Positions 29,407 through 40,327 are shown, counted from the stretch's first letter. The stretch: 64,000 bases of DNA from Candidatus Binataceae bacterium (GCA_035541875.1 DATKML010000024.1:5030-69029), one strand, 5' to 3'. Numbers and translations are program-made. The notes: generated from the letters alone by a model not told the origin.

Positions 29407-31686
29407 TTAGGCCGCAGCCTTGTGCGTTCCTGATCCTGCTTCATCAGAGCCGATAGCGCCGCGCTTCGACAGGATAACTGCCACTGTGAGCAGCACGACC
29501 GACAGTACGACGATGGCGAGGCGTCCAGCGTTGTACTCCGCAACCGCCGCCGTGGTGAACGGAGCAGCGAGAATACCGACGAGGTTCATAACCTTGATCA
29601 TCGGGTTCAGCGCCGGGCCGGCCGTATCCTTGAAAGGATCGCCAACGGTATCGCCTACGACGGTCGCTCTGTGCACGTCAGTGTTCTTACCACCGAGGTA
29701 GCCATCTTCGACCTTCTTCTTGGCATTGTCCCAGTTAGCGCCTGCATTCGACATGAACACGGCCATCAGCTGACCCGTCAGAATCGTACCACCGAGGAAG
29801 CCGCCGAGTGCACCCGCACCCAGACCAAAGCCGACGAGCAGCGGAGCGAAGACCGCGAGGATCGCGGGGCTGAGCAACTCCTTCTGCGCCGAAGCGGTAA
29901 CGATATCAACGCACTTGCCGTAGTCGGGCAGTTCCTTGCCTTCCATGATCCCCGGATGCTCGCGGAACTGGCGGCGCACTTCAAACACGACCTGATAGGC
30001 CGAGCGGCCGACCGCTTTGATTGCGAACGAGCTGAAGAGGAAGGGCACTGCAGCGCCGATCAACAGACCGATGAAAACCGTAGGGGAATTGATCTGTACT
30101 CCCATGTCGCCAAGAGGCGCTTCGTCGATAAAGGAGCGGAACAGCGAAACTGCTGCGATAACCGCCGTCGCGATCGCAAGCCCCTTGGTCAGCGCTTTGG
30201 TCGTGTTGCCGATAGCGTCCATCCACGAAAGCGTACGCGACGCCTCTTCCTGATGGATTCCGCCCATCTCGAAGATACCGTGCGCGTTGTCAGTGATAGG
30301 ACCGTAGGTATCCATCGCGAGGATGAAGCCCGTGGTGGTCAGCAGTCCCAGACCGGTGAGCGCTATACCGTAGAACTGCAGCGCAAGTGAGCCCTGGAAC
30401 ATCACGAGTGCGCCGATGATCGCAGCCACGATCAGCATCGCCGCCCAGGTAGAGGATTCCATGCCTTCGCCGAGGCCGGAGATGATCAGAGTCGCTGGGC
30501 CGGTGCGCGCAGCGTTAGCGGTCTCGATAACGGGGCCGCGATCGGGATGGGTGAAGTAGTTGGTCAGCCACAGGGTGAAGATCGCAAGCAATACGCCGAA
30601 GGTCGCCGTGAGGCCAAACCGCCAGTCGGGCGCGCCTGTGGTCGGGTCGGTCATGTATAGATAATTGACGATGAAGAAGCCGATTACCGAAGCCACGGCA
30701 GAGGTCATGAAGCCGCGATTGATTGGCTTCATCGGGTCTTCCATCTTCCCGGCCGGAGCTTTAACCGCCATGATGCCGAGAATCGAGGAGAAGACGCCGA
30801 CTGCGCGAAGGATGAGCGCGAAGACGATAAGCTTCATCGCAAACGCGCCAGCACCCGCACCATAGAGGGTTTGGAAGTCTTTGTCGGCCACGGCGTAGGC
30901 CGCGAGTATGATCGCTGCTACCAGCGTTACTTCGTACGATTCGAAAACGTCAGCCGCCATACCGGCGCAGTCACCGACGTTATCGCCGACGTTATCCGCA
31001 ATTGTCGCAGCGTTACGCGGATCGTCTTCCGGAATCCCCGCCTCGACTTTACCGACGAGGTCACCGCCGACGTCTGCTGCCTTGGTGAAGATACCGCCAC
31101 CGACACGCATGAAGAGTGCGGCCAACGATCCACCGAAGCCGAAGCCGACCAGAACCTTCATCGCATCCTGCTGGTAAACCAGGAAGATGACGGTTGCGCC
31201 GAGCAGGCCGAGTCCGACCGTGAACATGCCTGAAACGCCTCCGGCCTTGAACGCCAGTTCCATCGCGTCCTTGAAGCTGGTCAAAGCGGCGTTCGCGCTG
31301 CGGACGTTGCCCTTAACGGCCAACCACATCCCGACGAACCCTGCGCCGTAGGAGGCACTGACGCCAAGCACGAAGGCGATTGCAATTCCCAGCGATAGAT
31401 CGAGGCGGTCCGGATAGACGCGCTGGTACATGATGAAGAGACCGACCGCGATCAAGATGACGAAGAAAATCATCGTCTTGACCTGCCGCTTGAGGTACGC
31501 CATCGAACCTTCGTAAACAGCGTCGGCGACGTCGGTCATTGACTTGGCGCCCGGGTCCGCCGCTAGCACGGTCCGCACCAGGACCAAGCCGTAGCCGATC
31601 GCCAGTATCGCCGAGATCAGAACGCCCCACAGAATCAACATCTGATTCTGTGTCAGCGCCGGCAATATAATCTTCGCTTCACTCAT
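29407..31686 (-). CDS. hppA: Membrane-bound H+/Na+-translocating pyrophosphatase
   Basis: GDTVGDPFKDTAGPALN and other V-PPase motifs. Start set at MSEAKIIL (ATG 31686) rather than the 50-codon upstream extension. Confidence 0.9.
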   Translation of the reverse strand: MSEAKIILPALTQNQMLILWGVLISAILAIGYGLVLVRTVLAADPGAKSMTDVADAVYEGSMAYLKRQVKTMIFFVILIAVGLFIMYQRVYPDRLDLSLGIAIAFVLGVSASYGAGFVGMWLAVKGNVRSANAALTSFKDAMELAFKAGGVSGMFTVGLGLLGATVIFLVYQQDAMKVLVGFGFGGSLAALFMRVGGGIFTKAADVGGDLVGKVEAGIPEDDPRNAATIADNVGDNVGDCAGMAADVFESYEVTLVAAIILAAYAVADKDFQTLYGAGAGAFAMKLIVFALILRAVGVFSSILGIMAVKAPAGKMEDPMKPINRGFMTSAVASVIGFFIVNYLYMTDPTTGAPDWRFGLTATFGVLLAIFTLWLTNYFTHPDRGPVIETANAARTGPATLIISGLGEGMESSTWAAMLIVAAIIGALVMFQGSLALQFYGIALTGLGLLTTTGFILAMDTYGPITDNAHGIFEMGGIHQEEASRTLSWMDAIGNTTKALTKGLAIATAVIAAVSLFRSFIDEAPLGDMGVQINSPTVFIGLLIGAAVPFLFSSFAIKAVGRSAYQVVFEVRRQFREHPGIMEGKELPDYGKCVDIVTASAQKELLSPAILAVFAPLLVGFGLGAGALGGFLGGTILTGQLMAVFMSNAGANWDNAKKKVEDGYLGGKNTDVHRATVVGDTVGDPFKDTAGPALNPMIKVMNLVGILAAPFTTAAVAEYNAGRLAIVVLSVVLLTVAVILSKRGAIGSDEAGSGTHKAAA

Positions 31687-31958
31687 CGAGAATCTCTCTC
31701 CTGCTCTTGTGTGGACGGCGGCGCTGAGATTCTTTACAGCCGCCCCACGAGTTAAAAAAATGCCCGAGCCTGAAGTGGCCGGGTTTAACCGCCGGAAGTT
31801 TAGGTTTTCCTTCGCACGATGTCCAGTGGAGCGCACCCTCTCTTTTGCGCTTCGCGCGACATTTCTGCGCAGCCCTTATCCGGTTTCATTGCTTCTCGCA
31901 AAACCGTCGTTAGCTGGTTGATCGTCCCGGCAGGCGCATGTTTACTAGAGCCAAAACC

Positions 31959-33263
31959 ATGAACGTTAATATTGAGACCCCGAACGCGCTTCGTCGCAAG
32001 CTGACCATCGAACTCGAGCCCGCTGAGATCAACAGCGAACTCGATCGGACCTATAACGAACTCCGTCGCTCCGTGCAGCTTCGCGGCTTTCGACCCGGCC
32101 GCGCTCCGCGCAACTTGCTGGAGAAGTTTTTCGGCGATCAGGTGCGTGGCGACGTCTTGCAGAAACTGATCCGAGAATACACCGGCAAGGCGCTGGCCGA
32201 AAATGATCTCCAGCCGATAGTGCAGCCCGAGATCATCACGGAAGAGAGCGATCTTAAGAAGGCGCAGTTGAAGTTCAGCGCGATCTTCGATCTGAAGCCG
32301 GAGTTCGAAGTTCAGGATTACGCTGAGCTCAAAGTCCAGAAGTCGACCGTCACCGTCTCTGACGAGGAAGTGGCGTCTACTCTTGAGAACCTTCGTGAAC
32401 GCAACGGCAGCCTGAAAAAAATTGAAGATCGTAAGGTCGTAGCCGATGGTGATTTTGTCGTGGCGACGTTCGAAGCCTTCCACGAAGGGAAGGGCGTTCC
32501 CGACACCAAGTTCGCCGACCGTATCGTGCGCGTAGCTCCGAATGAACCGGCTCACGGCCTCGACGAGGTTCTGCGCGGTGCCGAGGTTGGCGTCGAAGTG
32601 CGGAAGGAGCGGAGCTATCCCGAGGACTACGTCGAGCGCGAGGTTGCCGGCAAAACCGTCGAATGGCGCGCCACGGTTAAGGATATCTACGAGCGCGTGC
32701 TGCCGAATCTGGATGACGAGTTCGCCAAGGATCAGGGGCAGTTCCAGAACCTCGATGAATTGCGCGCGGCGATCCGTAAGGATCTCGAAGCGCATGCGCA
32801 GCAGGAGGCCGATAACCGGGCGCGCCAGGGCCTCATCGATCTCGTCATCGAACGAAATCCTGTCGAAGTTCCTGAATCGCTGATCACGGCCGAGCAGCGC
32901 ACCATCGAAGCGGAGATGGCCAATGCGCTTGAGTCCGCCGGAATCCCTCACGAGATGGCGCATCAGCGTGCAGCGGAGAATCCGGAAGAGACCCGCAAAC
33001 GCGCCGAGAAGCGGGCGCGCAGCGCACTGGTCATCGATGCGATCGCCACCAAGGAAAATATCGAGGTCAGCGACGACGAAGTTGCGGAGCGGATTGCGAC
33101 GATGGTTACGCGGGGCGGTCGCCAACGCGATCGGATCGCGGAGTTTTACCGCGCCGAGGAAAATCGCGAAGCGCTGAAGCAGGTGATGCGCCGCGAAAAG
33201 ACTATCGGGGTGTTGATGGAGCGGGCTCAGAAGGAAGAGCCCGCTGAGTCGGCCTCGGCGTAA
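31959..33263 (+). CDS. tig: Trigger factor
   Basis: MNVNIETPNALRRKLTIELE... ribosome-binding domain, then PPIase and C-terminal domains. Confidence 0.9.
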   Translation: MNVNIETPNALRRKLTIELEPAEINSELDRTYNELRRSVQLRGFRPGRAPRNLLEKFFGDQVRGDVLQKLIREYTGKALAENDLQPIVQPEIITEESDLKKAQLKFSAIFDLKPEFEVQDYAELKVQKSTVTVSDEEVASTLENLRERNGSLKKIEDRKVVADGDFVVATFEAFHEGKGVPDTKFADRIVRVAPNEPAHGLDEVLRGAEVGVEVRKERSYPEDYVEREVAGKTVEWRATVKDIYERVLPNLDDEFAKDQGQFQNLDELRAAIRKDLEAHAQQEADNRARQGLIDLVIERNPVEVPESLITAEQRTIEAEMANALESAGIPHEMAHQRAAENPEETRKRAEKRARSALVIDAIATKENIEVSDDEVAERIATMVTRGGRQRDRIAEFYRAEENREALKQVMRREKTIGVLMERAQKEEPAESASA

Positions 33264-33286
33264 ATAATTGTTTCAAAAGCGCACAT

Positions 33287-33340
33287 CCGCGGAGGCTGGT
33301 CGCGTCTTCCGAGTTGGACCAGCTCCGCGGTTGTTTTTTT
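33287..33340 (+). terminator. Rho-independent terminator downstream of tig
   Basis: Imperfect inverted repeat CCGCGGAGGCTGGTC...GACCAGCTCCGCGG followed by TTGTTTTTTT. Confidence 0.6.
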
Positions 33341-33503
33341 GCACAAATCTACCAATCTCACGGGACAATCCTTGACCACTCCTGCACCGCGGATGTGTGT
33401 CTTTGCAGTTGCTGATATGGCTCAAACGGGTTAGGATTTTATTAAACAAAATCCATGATACTGAGCGCGCAGGCGCGAAAGTTTTGGGTGTTATCGAGGA
33501 AAG

Positions 33504-34100
33504 ATGAGCAATTTAGTGCCGGTCGTTGTAGAGCAGACTGGCCGCGGTGAGCGGGCCTACGACATCTACTCACGTCTCCTTAAGGACCGGATCGTCTTCC
33601 TCGGTTATCCCATCAACGACGACGTCGCTAATCTCGTTACTGCACAGTTCCTTTTCCTTGAAGCGGAAGACCCGGAAAAGGAGATCAATTTCTACATCAA
33701 TTCACCCGGCGGTTCGGTTACCGCGGGGCTCGCGATTTACGACACGATGCAGTTCATCAAGCCGCCCGTGTCGACGTTGTGCCTCGGGCAGGCCGCGAGC
33801 ATGGCGGCAATTCTGCTACTGGCCGGTGAGAAGGGTCGTCGCTACGCGCTGCCGAATTCGCGGATCATGATGCATCAGCCGCTCGGCGGGGCGCAGGGTC
33901 AGGCTACTGATATCGATATTCAAGCGAAGGAGATACTCCGTATTCGTGAGGAGCTGAACAGCATCATTGTTCGCCACACCGGACAGAATCTGCGTAAAAT
34001 TGAACGTGACACCGACCGCGACATGTTTTTAACTCCGGAACAAGCGGTTGAATACGGGCTGATCGATGAGGTAATCGTTAGCCGAAGGCCCTCCAAGTGA
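33504..34100 (+). CDS. clpP: ATP-dependent Clp protease proteolytic subunit
   Basis: [20 protein letters not shown]...[14 protein letters not shown] contains the catalytic Ser motif. Confidence 0.93.
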   Translation: MSNLVPVVVEQTGRGERAYDIYSRLLKDRIVFLGYPINDDVANLVTAQFLFLEAEDPEKEINFYINSPGGSVTAGLAIYDTMQFIKPPVSTLCLGQAASMAAILLLAGEKGRRYALPNSRIMMHQPLGGAQGQATDIDIQAKEILRIREELNSIIVRHTGQNLRKIERDTDRDMFLTPEQAVEYGLIDEVIVSRRPSK

Positions 34101-34115
34101 GCGGCGGGAGACAGT

Positions 34116-35366
34116 ATGGCGAAGCATGATGACCGCTCGGGCAATCTAGTTTGCTCCTTCTGCGGCAAGAGCCAGGATGAGGTTCGCAAGCTTATTGCCG
34201 GCCCCACGGTTTATATCTGTGACGAATGTATCGACCTCTGTAACGATATCATCGCGGAGGAGACCGATAACGAAGAGGCCTTCAGCCAAAGTTCGGCAGT
34301 GCCGAAGCCGGCGGAGATCAAGCGCGTACTCGATCAGTACGTGATTGGGCAGGAGCGTGCGAAGAAGATCCTCTCCGTTGCGGTCCACAACCATTACAAA
34401 CGTATCGATTCGCAGAGCGTGACCGGCGAGGTCGAGCTCCAGAAATCAAATATCATGCTGATCGGGCCGACCGGCGTGGGCAAAACCCTGCTTGCGCAGA
34501 CACTGGCCCGCTTCCTCCAGGTTCCGTTCACGATTGCCGACGCTACCTCGCTCACTGAGGCCGGCTACGTCGGTGAAGACGTCGAAAATATCATCCTCTC
34601 ACTGCTGCAGAACGCCGATTACGATATCGAGCGATGCCAGCGCGGTATCGTTTATATCGACGAAATCGACAAGATTGCGCGCAAAGGCGATAACCCTTCG
34701 ATCACGCGCGACGTATCGGGCGAGGGCGTACAGCAGGCGCTGCTGAAGATCGTCGAAGGAACGATGGCGAGTGTGCCGCCTAAGGGTGGCCGCAAGCATC
34801 CCCAGCAGGAGTTCCTGCAGGTCGATACCACCAATATCCTCTTCATCTGTGGCGGTGCTTTCGTCGGCCTCGAAGACATTATCCGTCGACGACTGGCGGG
34901 CAAGACGATGGGCTTCCGCGCCGATCTGACGAATCGTGATCCGCGCACCGTATCCGAACTGCTTGCTGAGACGCAGCCGGAAGATCTGCTGCGCTTTGGT
35001 TTGATTCCTGAATTCGTCGGGCGCCTGCCGGTAATTGCGACCCTGGGCGAACTCGATGAAGACGCACTCGTGCGGATCCTGATGGAACCGAAGAACGCGT
35101 TGGTGCGGCAGTATCAGAAACTGTTCGAGATGGAGAACGTCCACCTGAAATTTGCTCAGGGTGCACTGAAAGCCATCGCGCGCGAGGCGCTCAAGCGCAA
35201 GTCTGGTGCGCGCGGACTTCGTGCTATCATGGAAGCCATCATGGTGGATTTGATGTACGACATTCCGTCCCAACCCAATATTAAGGAGGTCATGATCTCG
35301 GAGGAGGTTGTTACCCAGAAGGAGCAGCCATTACTCGTCTATCAAAAGACCGCTGAGACCGCTTAA
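34116..35366 (+). CDS. clpX: ATP-dependent Clp protease ATP-binding subunit ClpX
   Basis: N-terminal C4 zinc finger (CSFCGKS...CDEC) and a Walker A motif GPTGVGKT. Confidence 0.93.
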   Translation: MAKHDDRSGNLVCSFCGKSQDEVRKLIAGPTVYICDECIDLCNDIIAEETDNEEAFSQSSAVPKPAEIKRVLDQYVIGQERAKKILSVAVHNHYKRIDSQSVTGEVELQKSNIMLIGPTGVGKTLLAQTLARFLQVPFTIADATSLTEAGYVGEDVENIILSLLQNADYDIERCQRGIVYIDEIDKIARKGDNPSITRDVSGEGVQQALLKIVEGTMASVPPKGGRKHPQQEFLQVDTTNILFICGGAFVGLEDIIRRRLAGKTMGFRADLTNRDPRTVSELLAETQPEDLLRFGLIPEFVGRLPVIATLGELDEDALVRILMEPKNALVRQYQKLFEMENVHLKFAQGALKAIAREALKRKSGARGLRAIMEAIMVDLMYDIPSQPNIKEVMISEEVVTQKEQPLLVYQKTAETA

Positions 35367-35392
35367 GCGGTAGGAGACCGGGATAAACGGAA

Positions 35393-37873
35393 ATGCTTTT
35401 CCGCAACGATAAGAAAGACAATCGCGACCCCGCGAACGAAGCTGTTCCACTGCTGCCGCTCCGTGAGCTGATCGTATTTCCTCACGAGGTTTATCCGATC
35501 TTCGTCGGCCGCCAAAAGTCCATCAAGGCACTTGAGGCTGCCGAATCGAGCAAGAAACCGATTCTACTGGTGGCGCAGAAAGACGCGCGCGTCTCTGAAC
35601 CCGGTCCGGCCGATATCTATAGCGTCGGCACGCTGGGAACGGTGGTGCAGTTGCTGCGTCTGCCGGACGGGACCGTGAAGGCCTTGCTCGAAGGTAAGAA
35701 GCGTGCGCGCATTCAGCGTTACGTCGCGCAGGACGACTTCTTCCAGGTCGAGGTCGAAGAGATAGAAGAGACCTCCGAACGCGGGACTGAAGTCGAAGCG
35801 TTGATGCGCTCGGTCAATACCGCCTTCGATAACTACGTCCGCCTCAACAAGAAGATTCCGCCCGAGATGGTGACGTCGATCGCTTCGGTCGATGATCCGG
35901 CTTATCTCGCCGACAAGCTGGTCGGTCATCTCGGCATCAAGCTCGAAGACAAACAATCGCTGCTCGAATGCTTCAACCCTGCGGAACGCCTGGAGCGCAT
36001 CCTTGGCTACATGCGTTCGGAGTTGGAGATTCTCGAAGTCGAAAAACGCATCCGCTCCCGGGTTAAGAAGCAGATGGAGAAGACCCAGAAGGAGTACTAC
36101 CTCAACGAGCAGATGCGCGCGATTCAGAAAGAGCTCGGCGAGAAAGACGAATTCAAGAACGAGATCCAGGAGCTCGAAGAAAAACTCCGCCAAAAGAAGA
36201 TGTCGGCGGAGGCGCGTGATAAGTGCGAACGCGAGATCAAGAAGCTTAAGATGATGTCGCCGATGTCCGCTGAGGCGACAGTCGTTCGTAACTATCTCGA
36301 TTGGTTCCTGGCGCTGCCTTGGTTTGAACACACCGAGGATAAGCTCGATATCCAGGAAGCCGAGGGCGTTCTCGAAGAAGACCACTTCGGCCTCGAGAAG
36401 GTTAAAGAGCGTATCCTTGAGTACTTGGCGGTGCAGACGCTGGTCGGCCAGCTCAAGGGACCGATTCTCTGCCTAGTTGGACCTCCGGGGGTTGGTAAGA
36501 CCTCGCTCGGTAAGTCGATCGCACGAGCGACCGGCCGCAAGTTCGTCCGCGTATCGCTCGGCGGCGTGCGCGACGAAGCGGAAATCCGGGGCCATCGCCG
36601 GACCTATATCGGCGCACTGCCCGGCAAGATTATCCAGTCGCTCCGCAAGGCGGGTTCGGGCAATCCAGTTATTCTGCTCGACGAGGTCGACAAGATGTCG
36701 ACCGATTTCCGCGGTGACCCGTCGTCGGCATTGCTGGAAGTGCTGGATCCCGAGCAGAACAGCACCTTCAACGACCACTACCTCGATTGTGACTACGATC
36801 TGTCGAAGGTGATGTTCGTGACGACCGCGAACGCACTCGAGCGTATCCCGCGGCCGTTGCAGGATCGTATGGAGATCATCCGTATCCCGGGCTATACCGA
36901 GGCGGAAAAACTCCAGATCGCGAAGAAGTACCTGATCAAGAAGCAGATCGAGGCTAACGGTCTAAAAGAAGAGAACATCGAGTTCTCCGACAAGGCTCTG
37001 CTTTCGATTATCCGTAACTACACGCGCGAGGCAGGGGTTCGTAATCTAGAGCGCGAAGTCGCTTCGATCTGCCGCAAGGCCGCAGTCGAAGTGGTTAAGA
37101 CGGATCGCAATGCCCATGTGAAGGTGTCCCAGTCGAGCCTCGCCAAGTTTCTCGGGCCTTACAAGTTCCGTTTTGGCGTTGCCGAGGCGGAGCCACAGGT
37201 CGGTGTTGCTACCGGCCTTGCCTGGACCGAACTTGGTGGCGAGCTGCTCAATGTCGAAGTCACGATCCTGCCGGGTCGCGGCAAGCTGACTATTACAGGC
37301 CAGCTTGGCGAAGTGATGCAGGAGAGCGCGCAGGCAGCGCTATCGTACGTGCGGTCGCGCTCGGAACAACTCGGCCTGCGTCCGGACTTCTATCAGAAGA
37401 TCGATATTCATATTCACATTCCTGAGGGAGCGATTCCCAAGGACGGTCCGTCTGCAGGTATCACACTCGCGACGGCCCTTGTCTCGTCGCTCTGCCGAGT
37501 GCCGGTTAAGAACGACCTTGCGATGACGGGTGAAATCACTCTGCGCGGACGCGTTCTGCCGATCGGCGGGTTGAAGGAAAAGGTGATGGCGGCGCATCGC
37601 GGCGGAATCAAGACCGTGCTGATGCCCAAGGAGAACGAGAAAGATATCGAAGAAATTCCAGCTCCGGTCCTCAAGGGCGTTACGCTCGTGCGGGTCGAGC
37701 ATATGGACGAGGTGTTGAAGCAGGCACTCACGCTGACTGATCCTGAGACCTTCCTGAAGCCGGCAACAGGGGAGAGTGCGCCAATCATTTACACGGACTC
37801 TGACAAGGAAGAGCCGTCCGTAGATGAGGACGACGAGACGGTTGTGCCGCACAATCCGCCGAATCTGTCCTAG
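35393..37873 (+). CDS. lon: Lon protease
   Basis: LON N-domain, GPPGVGKTS Walker A and the catalytic PKDGPSAG serine region, 826 aa. Confidence 0.93.
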   Translation: MLFRNDKKDNRDPANEAVPLLPLRELIVFPHEVYPIFVGRQKSIKALEAAESSKKPILLVAQKDARVSEPGPADIYSVGTLGTVVQLLRLPDGTVKALLEGKKRARIQRYVAQDDFFQVEVEEIEETSERGTEVEALMRSVNTAFDNYVRLNKKIPPEMVTSIASVDDPAYLADKLVGHLGIKLEDKQSLLECFNPAERLERILGYMRSELEILEVEKRIRSRVKKQMEKTQKEYYLNEQMRAIQKELGEKDEFKNEIQELEEKLRQKKMSAEARDKCEREIKKLKMMSPMSAEATVVRNYLDWFLALPWFEHTEDKLDIQEAEGVLEEDHFGLEKVKERILEYLAVQTLVGQLKGPILCLVGPPGVGKTSLGKSIARATGRKFVRVSLGGVRDEAEIRGHRRTYIGALPGKIIQSLRKAGSGNPVILLDEVDKMSTDFRGDPSSALLEVLDPEQNSTFNDHYLDCDYDLSKVMFVTTANALERIPRPLQDRMEIIRIPGYTEAEKLQIAKKYLIKKQIEANGLKEENIEFSDKALLSIIRNYTREAGVRNLEREVASICRKAAVEVVKTDRNAHVKVSQSSLAKFLGPYKFRFGVAEAEPQVGVATGLAWTELGGELLNVEVTILPGRGKLTITGQLGEVMQESAQAALSYVRSRSEQLGLRPDFYQKIDIHIHIPEGAIPKDGPSAGITLATALVSSLCRVPVKNDLAMTGEITLRGRVLPIGGLKEKVMAAHRGGIKTVLMPKENEKDIEEIPAPVLKGVTLVRVEHMDEVLKQALTLTDPETFLKPATGESAPIIYTDSDKEEPSVDEDDETVVPHNPPNLS

Positions 37874-37897
37874 GTTGTAATGTAAACCGCGTCTGTT

Positions 37898-37939
37898 GGG
37901 GCGGACCGGCCAGTCGCAGCGGTCCGCCCTATTTTTTCC
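37898..37939 (+). terminator. Rho-independent terminator downstream of lon
   Basis: GGGCGGACCG...CGGTCCGCCC stem followed by TATTTTTTCC. Confidence 0.6.
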
Positions 37940-37986
37940 GGGGGAAAACATAGCCGAGGGGAGGCCTGTTCAAGGCGACGCGTCAC

Positions 37987-38292
37987 ATGACAAAAGCCGA
38001 TTTGATAGAAGCTCTGGCGAACAAATTGGGGATCAATCGCGGGGAAGCCGAAAAGGCGGTTAATATCGTGCTCGACGATATCGTTAATGCGCTCCATCAA
38101 GGTGAGCGCGTTAACATCTCCGGATTCGGCACCTTCTCGGTATCGACGCGTCAGGCGCGTACCGGGCGAAATCCCAAAACGGGCGAATCGATCGAGATTG
38201 CGGCCAGTCGCTCAGCCAAGTTCAAGCCTGGCAAGCAACTTAAGGACTCACTGAACGATAGCGTAGCGGCTTCAGCCTCAGCAGCGGACTAG
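37987..38292 (+). CDS. hup: HU family DNA-binding protein
   Basis: MTKADLIEALANKLG...GFGTFSVSTRQARTGRNPKTGESIEI is HU/IHF-fold. Confidence 0.9.
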   Translation: MTKADLIEALANKLGINRGEAEKAVNIVLDDIVNALHQGERVNISGFGTFSVSTRQARTGRNPKTGESIEIAASRSAKFKPGKQLKDSLNDSVAASASAAD

Positions 38293-38344
38293 CTACACAG
38301 CCCCGGTCCAAGCACAGGACCGGACGAACTCAATTCAGCACGAT

Positions 38345-38383
38345 ACGGGCGGTTAGCTCAGCGGTAGAGCATCGGCCTTACAA
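38345..38383 (+). repeat. attL: 5'-half copy of tRNA-Val (39-bp direct repeat of the intact tRNA-Val at 49868-49906)
   Basis: ACGGGCGGTTAGCTCAGCGGTAGAGCATCGGCCTTACAA is identical at both sites. The left copy lacks the 3' half of the anticodon stem and the T arm, so it is not a functional tRNA. Confidence 0.8.
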
Positions 38384-38397
38384 TCGGATACGTCATC

Positions 38398-38427
38398 CTA
38401 TCTGGCGTTATCTAGGGCTATCTGGCT
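38398..38427 (+). repeat. Three tandem 10-bp repeats (CTATCTGGCG / TTATCTAGGG / CTATCTGGCT) just inside attL, candidate integrase arm-type sites
   Basis: Direct repeats read from the sequence, positioned within 15 bp of the att core on the element side. Confidence 0.4.
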
Positions 38428-38471
38428 AGCAAAAACGGGCCTTTTCTCGATTTGAGATTACGTCGGATTAC

Positions 38472-39296
38472 CTACGGTTCGCTCGAACTGGGCACTGAAC
38501 TGGGCAGAGGAAGCCGTTGCCTGCCGACTTTCAGCGTTGGTGATGACCTCTTGGAGCGGCCTCGCCGAGAGTTTTCTAGTGAGGAAAACACAGCGGCATC
38601 TAGGACACATGGGTATACCCTACACGCTTCGCACAACTCGCGAATACTTTTTAGTACAAATTTATAAAAATTTGGATCGGCGAGCGCGGCAGCGGTGATT
38701 TTAATCGGATAATATAGTTCCTCGTTCAGCCATCTTGTCACGCGACTGTCTAGTGGTATCTCATATCTGGTCAAATGCAATTCTTGCAAGACGTTCCTAG
38801 ACTGTTTGGGTCCGAATCCACGCAGATGACGAGCGATGTAATCGGCTACTTGCTCCTCAACTTGCCAGGAGACCAGCGAGGTTAGTCGATTGCATCGTTC
38901 AAGAATTTGATCTCACGCGTTGTCCTTTCGCAACCTATGCCAGTTTTCAGCTAGGTCCGATGGGATTTTGCGTTTGAACCGTTTCAAGTTGTGGTCTTCA
39001 AAGACCTGCTTGATAAACTCTTCGACGTTTTCCTCTAGCCCAATAGCCGCATAGCTGAGTGGAAATGGCTGCTGTTTGGAAAACAGAGTAACCGCACTCT
39101 CTGGTCCCGAATCTTGAAGCGTAGTAAGCCGCATCTTTACCAGAACTTCCCAAAATCGCTCGCGTGTAACCTCCGCCTTGTTGTCGACGACGTTCATATG
39201 TTGCCGTTCTATGACCAAGAGCGCTTCGGCCTGAGCTGTTACTAGGTTATGGACGTTGTCCAAATCGGCTTGTTCTATGACGAATTGAAGTTTCAT
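38472..39296 (-). pseudogene. Ogg2-family N-glycosylase/DNA lyase (HhH-GPD) interrupted by a single in-frame TGA
   Basis: Track ORFs 38913-39332 and 38472-38789 share a frame and are separated only by TGA at 38913-38915. Continuous translation gives ...KRFKRKIPSDLAENWHRLRKDNA*DQILERCN...LRGFGPKQSRNVLQELHLTRYEIPLDSRV... with a helix-hairpin-helix and catalytic Asp, alignable to archaeal-type Ogg2. The 3' tail runs into repeat DNA near attL. Confidence 0.5.
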
Positions 39297-39394
39297 TTCA
39301 AATTGTCTCCTCAATGTGCGGTGCCGATGCAACTCAAAAACTCTGTAACCTTCATCTCTTCGTCTGCTATCGCGTCCAAAATGTACAACCGGTC

Positions 39395-40141
39395 CTAGGA
39401 TCTCGCGCGTACCCTAGCGTCAACAATCCTCAGAAGATGATTTGCGAGTAAAACAATCTCTAGAGCTTCGGCGGGATCGTCGAGATTTACATCGCGGTGA
39501 GAATGCGGATTTTTATACGAACCGATGGCGCCCGCGAAGAGATTAGCGCGCGCCTCCTTCTCTCCTTGCTCGACCGACGAATCGGTGAGCGCGCCAGTTT
39601 TGGGGTCGAAAGCCTTTCTCATGAGAGTCACGCCGAGTTGGTCGTTGCCAAGACTGGCGGCCTCGCGAACGGCAACTTCCACCGCCTTCATCGCGACAAA
39701 CACCGCCACATCGTATTCGCCTCGCAGAAAAGCTTTCCAGACTGAGTCGTATATCTTTGGCTGGAGAATTTCGCGAGGGAGTAGCTTTGAAGTCCTGAAT
39801 TCCGAGAATTGGGCTCTCGTTGTGATTTTTCGGGCACGGCGGCTGAGCCGCATATTGGCGCTTTGACCCATATCCGGTACAGCGAGTCCCTGCGCCTTCA
39901 ACCATGCCCACGCTTCAGAGAATGCCAAGGTAACTTCCGGCCATGACGGTTCCGGGTACGGTACTGCGACGAAACCGCTTTGAATTCGCCTCCTAAGATC
40001 GAAAGTTGATTCTTGAACTGAAGAGTTTGGAAAGTGGTTCTGCCACAGAAGGATCAATGTTTCTCCGAGTTCCTCGGGTTCCATGGCGAGGAGGATCTTC
40101 TCGTCTTGGATTTTTCGGCATACTTCGTCAAATAGGTCCAC
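39395..40141 (-). CDS. Hypoth_Ymh (TIGR02391) HEPN-type domain protein, Abi-like
   Basis: The C-terminal ~110 aa (LQPKIYDSVWKAFLRGEYDVAVFVAMKAVEVAVRE...LFAGAIGSYKNPHSHRDVNLDDPAEALEIVLLANHLLRIVD) match the conserved Ymh family. N-terminal ~130 aa unassigned. Confidence 0.6.
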   Translation of the reverse strand: MDLFDEVCRKIQDEKILLAMEPEELGETLILLWQNHFPNSSVQESTFDLRRRIQSGFVAVPYPEPSWPEVTLAFSEAWAWLKAQGLAVPDMGQSANMRLSRRARKITTRAQFSEFRTSKLLPREILQPKIYDSVWKAFLRGEYDVAVFVAMKAVEVAVREAASLGNDQLGVTLMRKAFDPKTGALTDSSVEQGEKEARANLFAGAIGSYKNPHSHRDVNLDDPAEALEIVLLANHLLRIVDARVRARS

Positions 40142-40327
40142 GGCCTCAGCATAGTATATTAAGCGCCCAACAGATGCCTTGTTCGCCGTCGGGCCGAGAG
40201 CGGCTTTCGTAGCATCGGCCCGTTTAGCCGATGACCTGGAAAAACTCTAATCAGGTAAAAGCCTCTTAAAGGCCAGTGCCCAATCGCTGGCCACTCTCAT
40301 CATAGGCACTCTTAGCCGTAAAGATCG

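Noticed and set aside
31687-31836. 50-codon N-terminal extension of the H+-PPase ORF
   Set aside because: Arg-rich non-membrane sequence. The conserved PPase N-terminus begins at MSEAKIIL (ATG 31686).
31800-33125. 441-aa minus-strand ORF
   Set aside because: Antisense shadow of trigger factor (tig). Leu/Arg-rich composition and no domain similarity.
34599-36385. Minus-strand ORFs of 224 and 273 aa
   Set aside because: Antisense to clpX and lon, with no independent support.
38347-38420. Possible second complete tRNA-Val gene
   Set aside because: Identity to tRNA-Val stops after the anticodon loop (CTTACAA). The downstream sequence cannot form the anticodon stem 3' strand, T arm or acceptor 3' strand. 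It is a 5'-half att repeat, not a gene.
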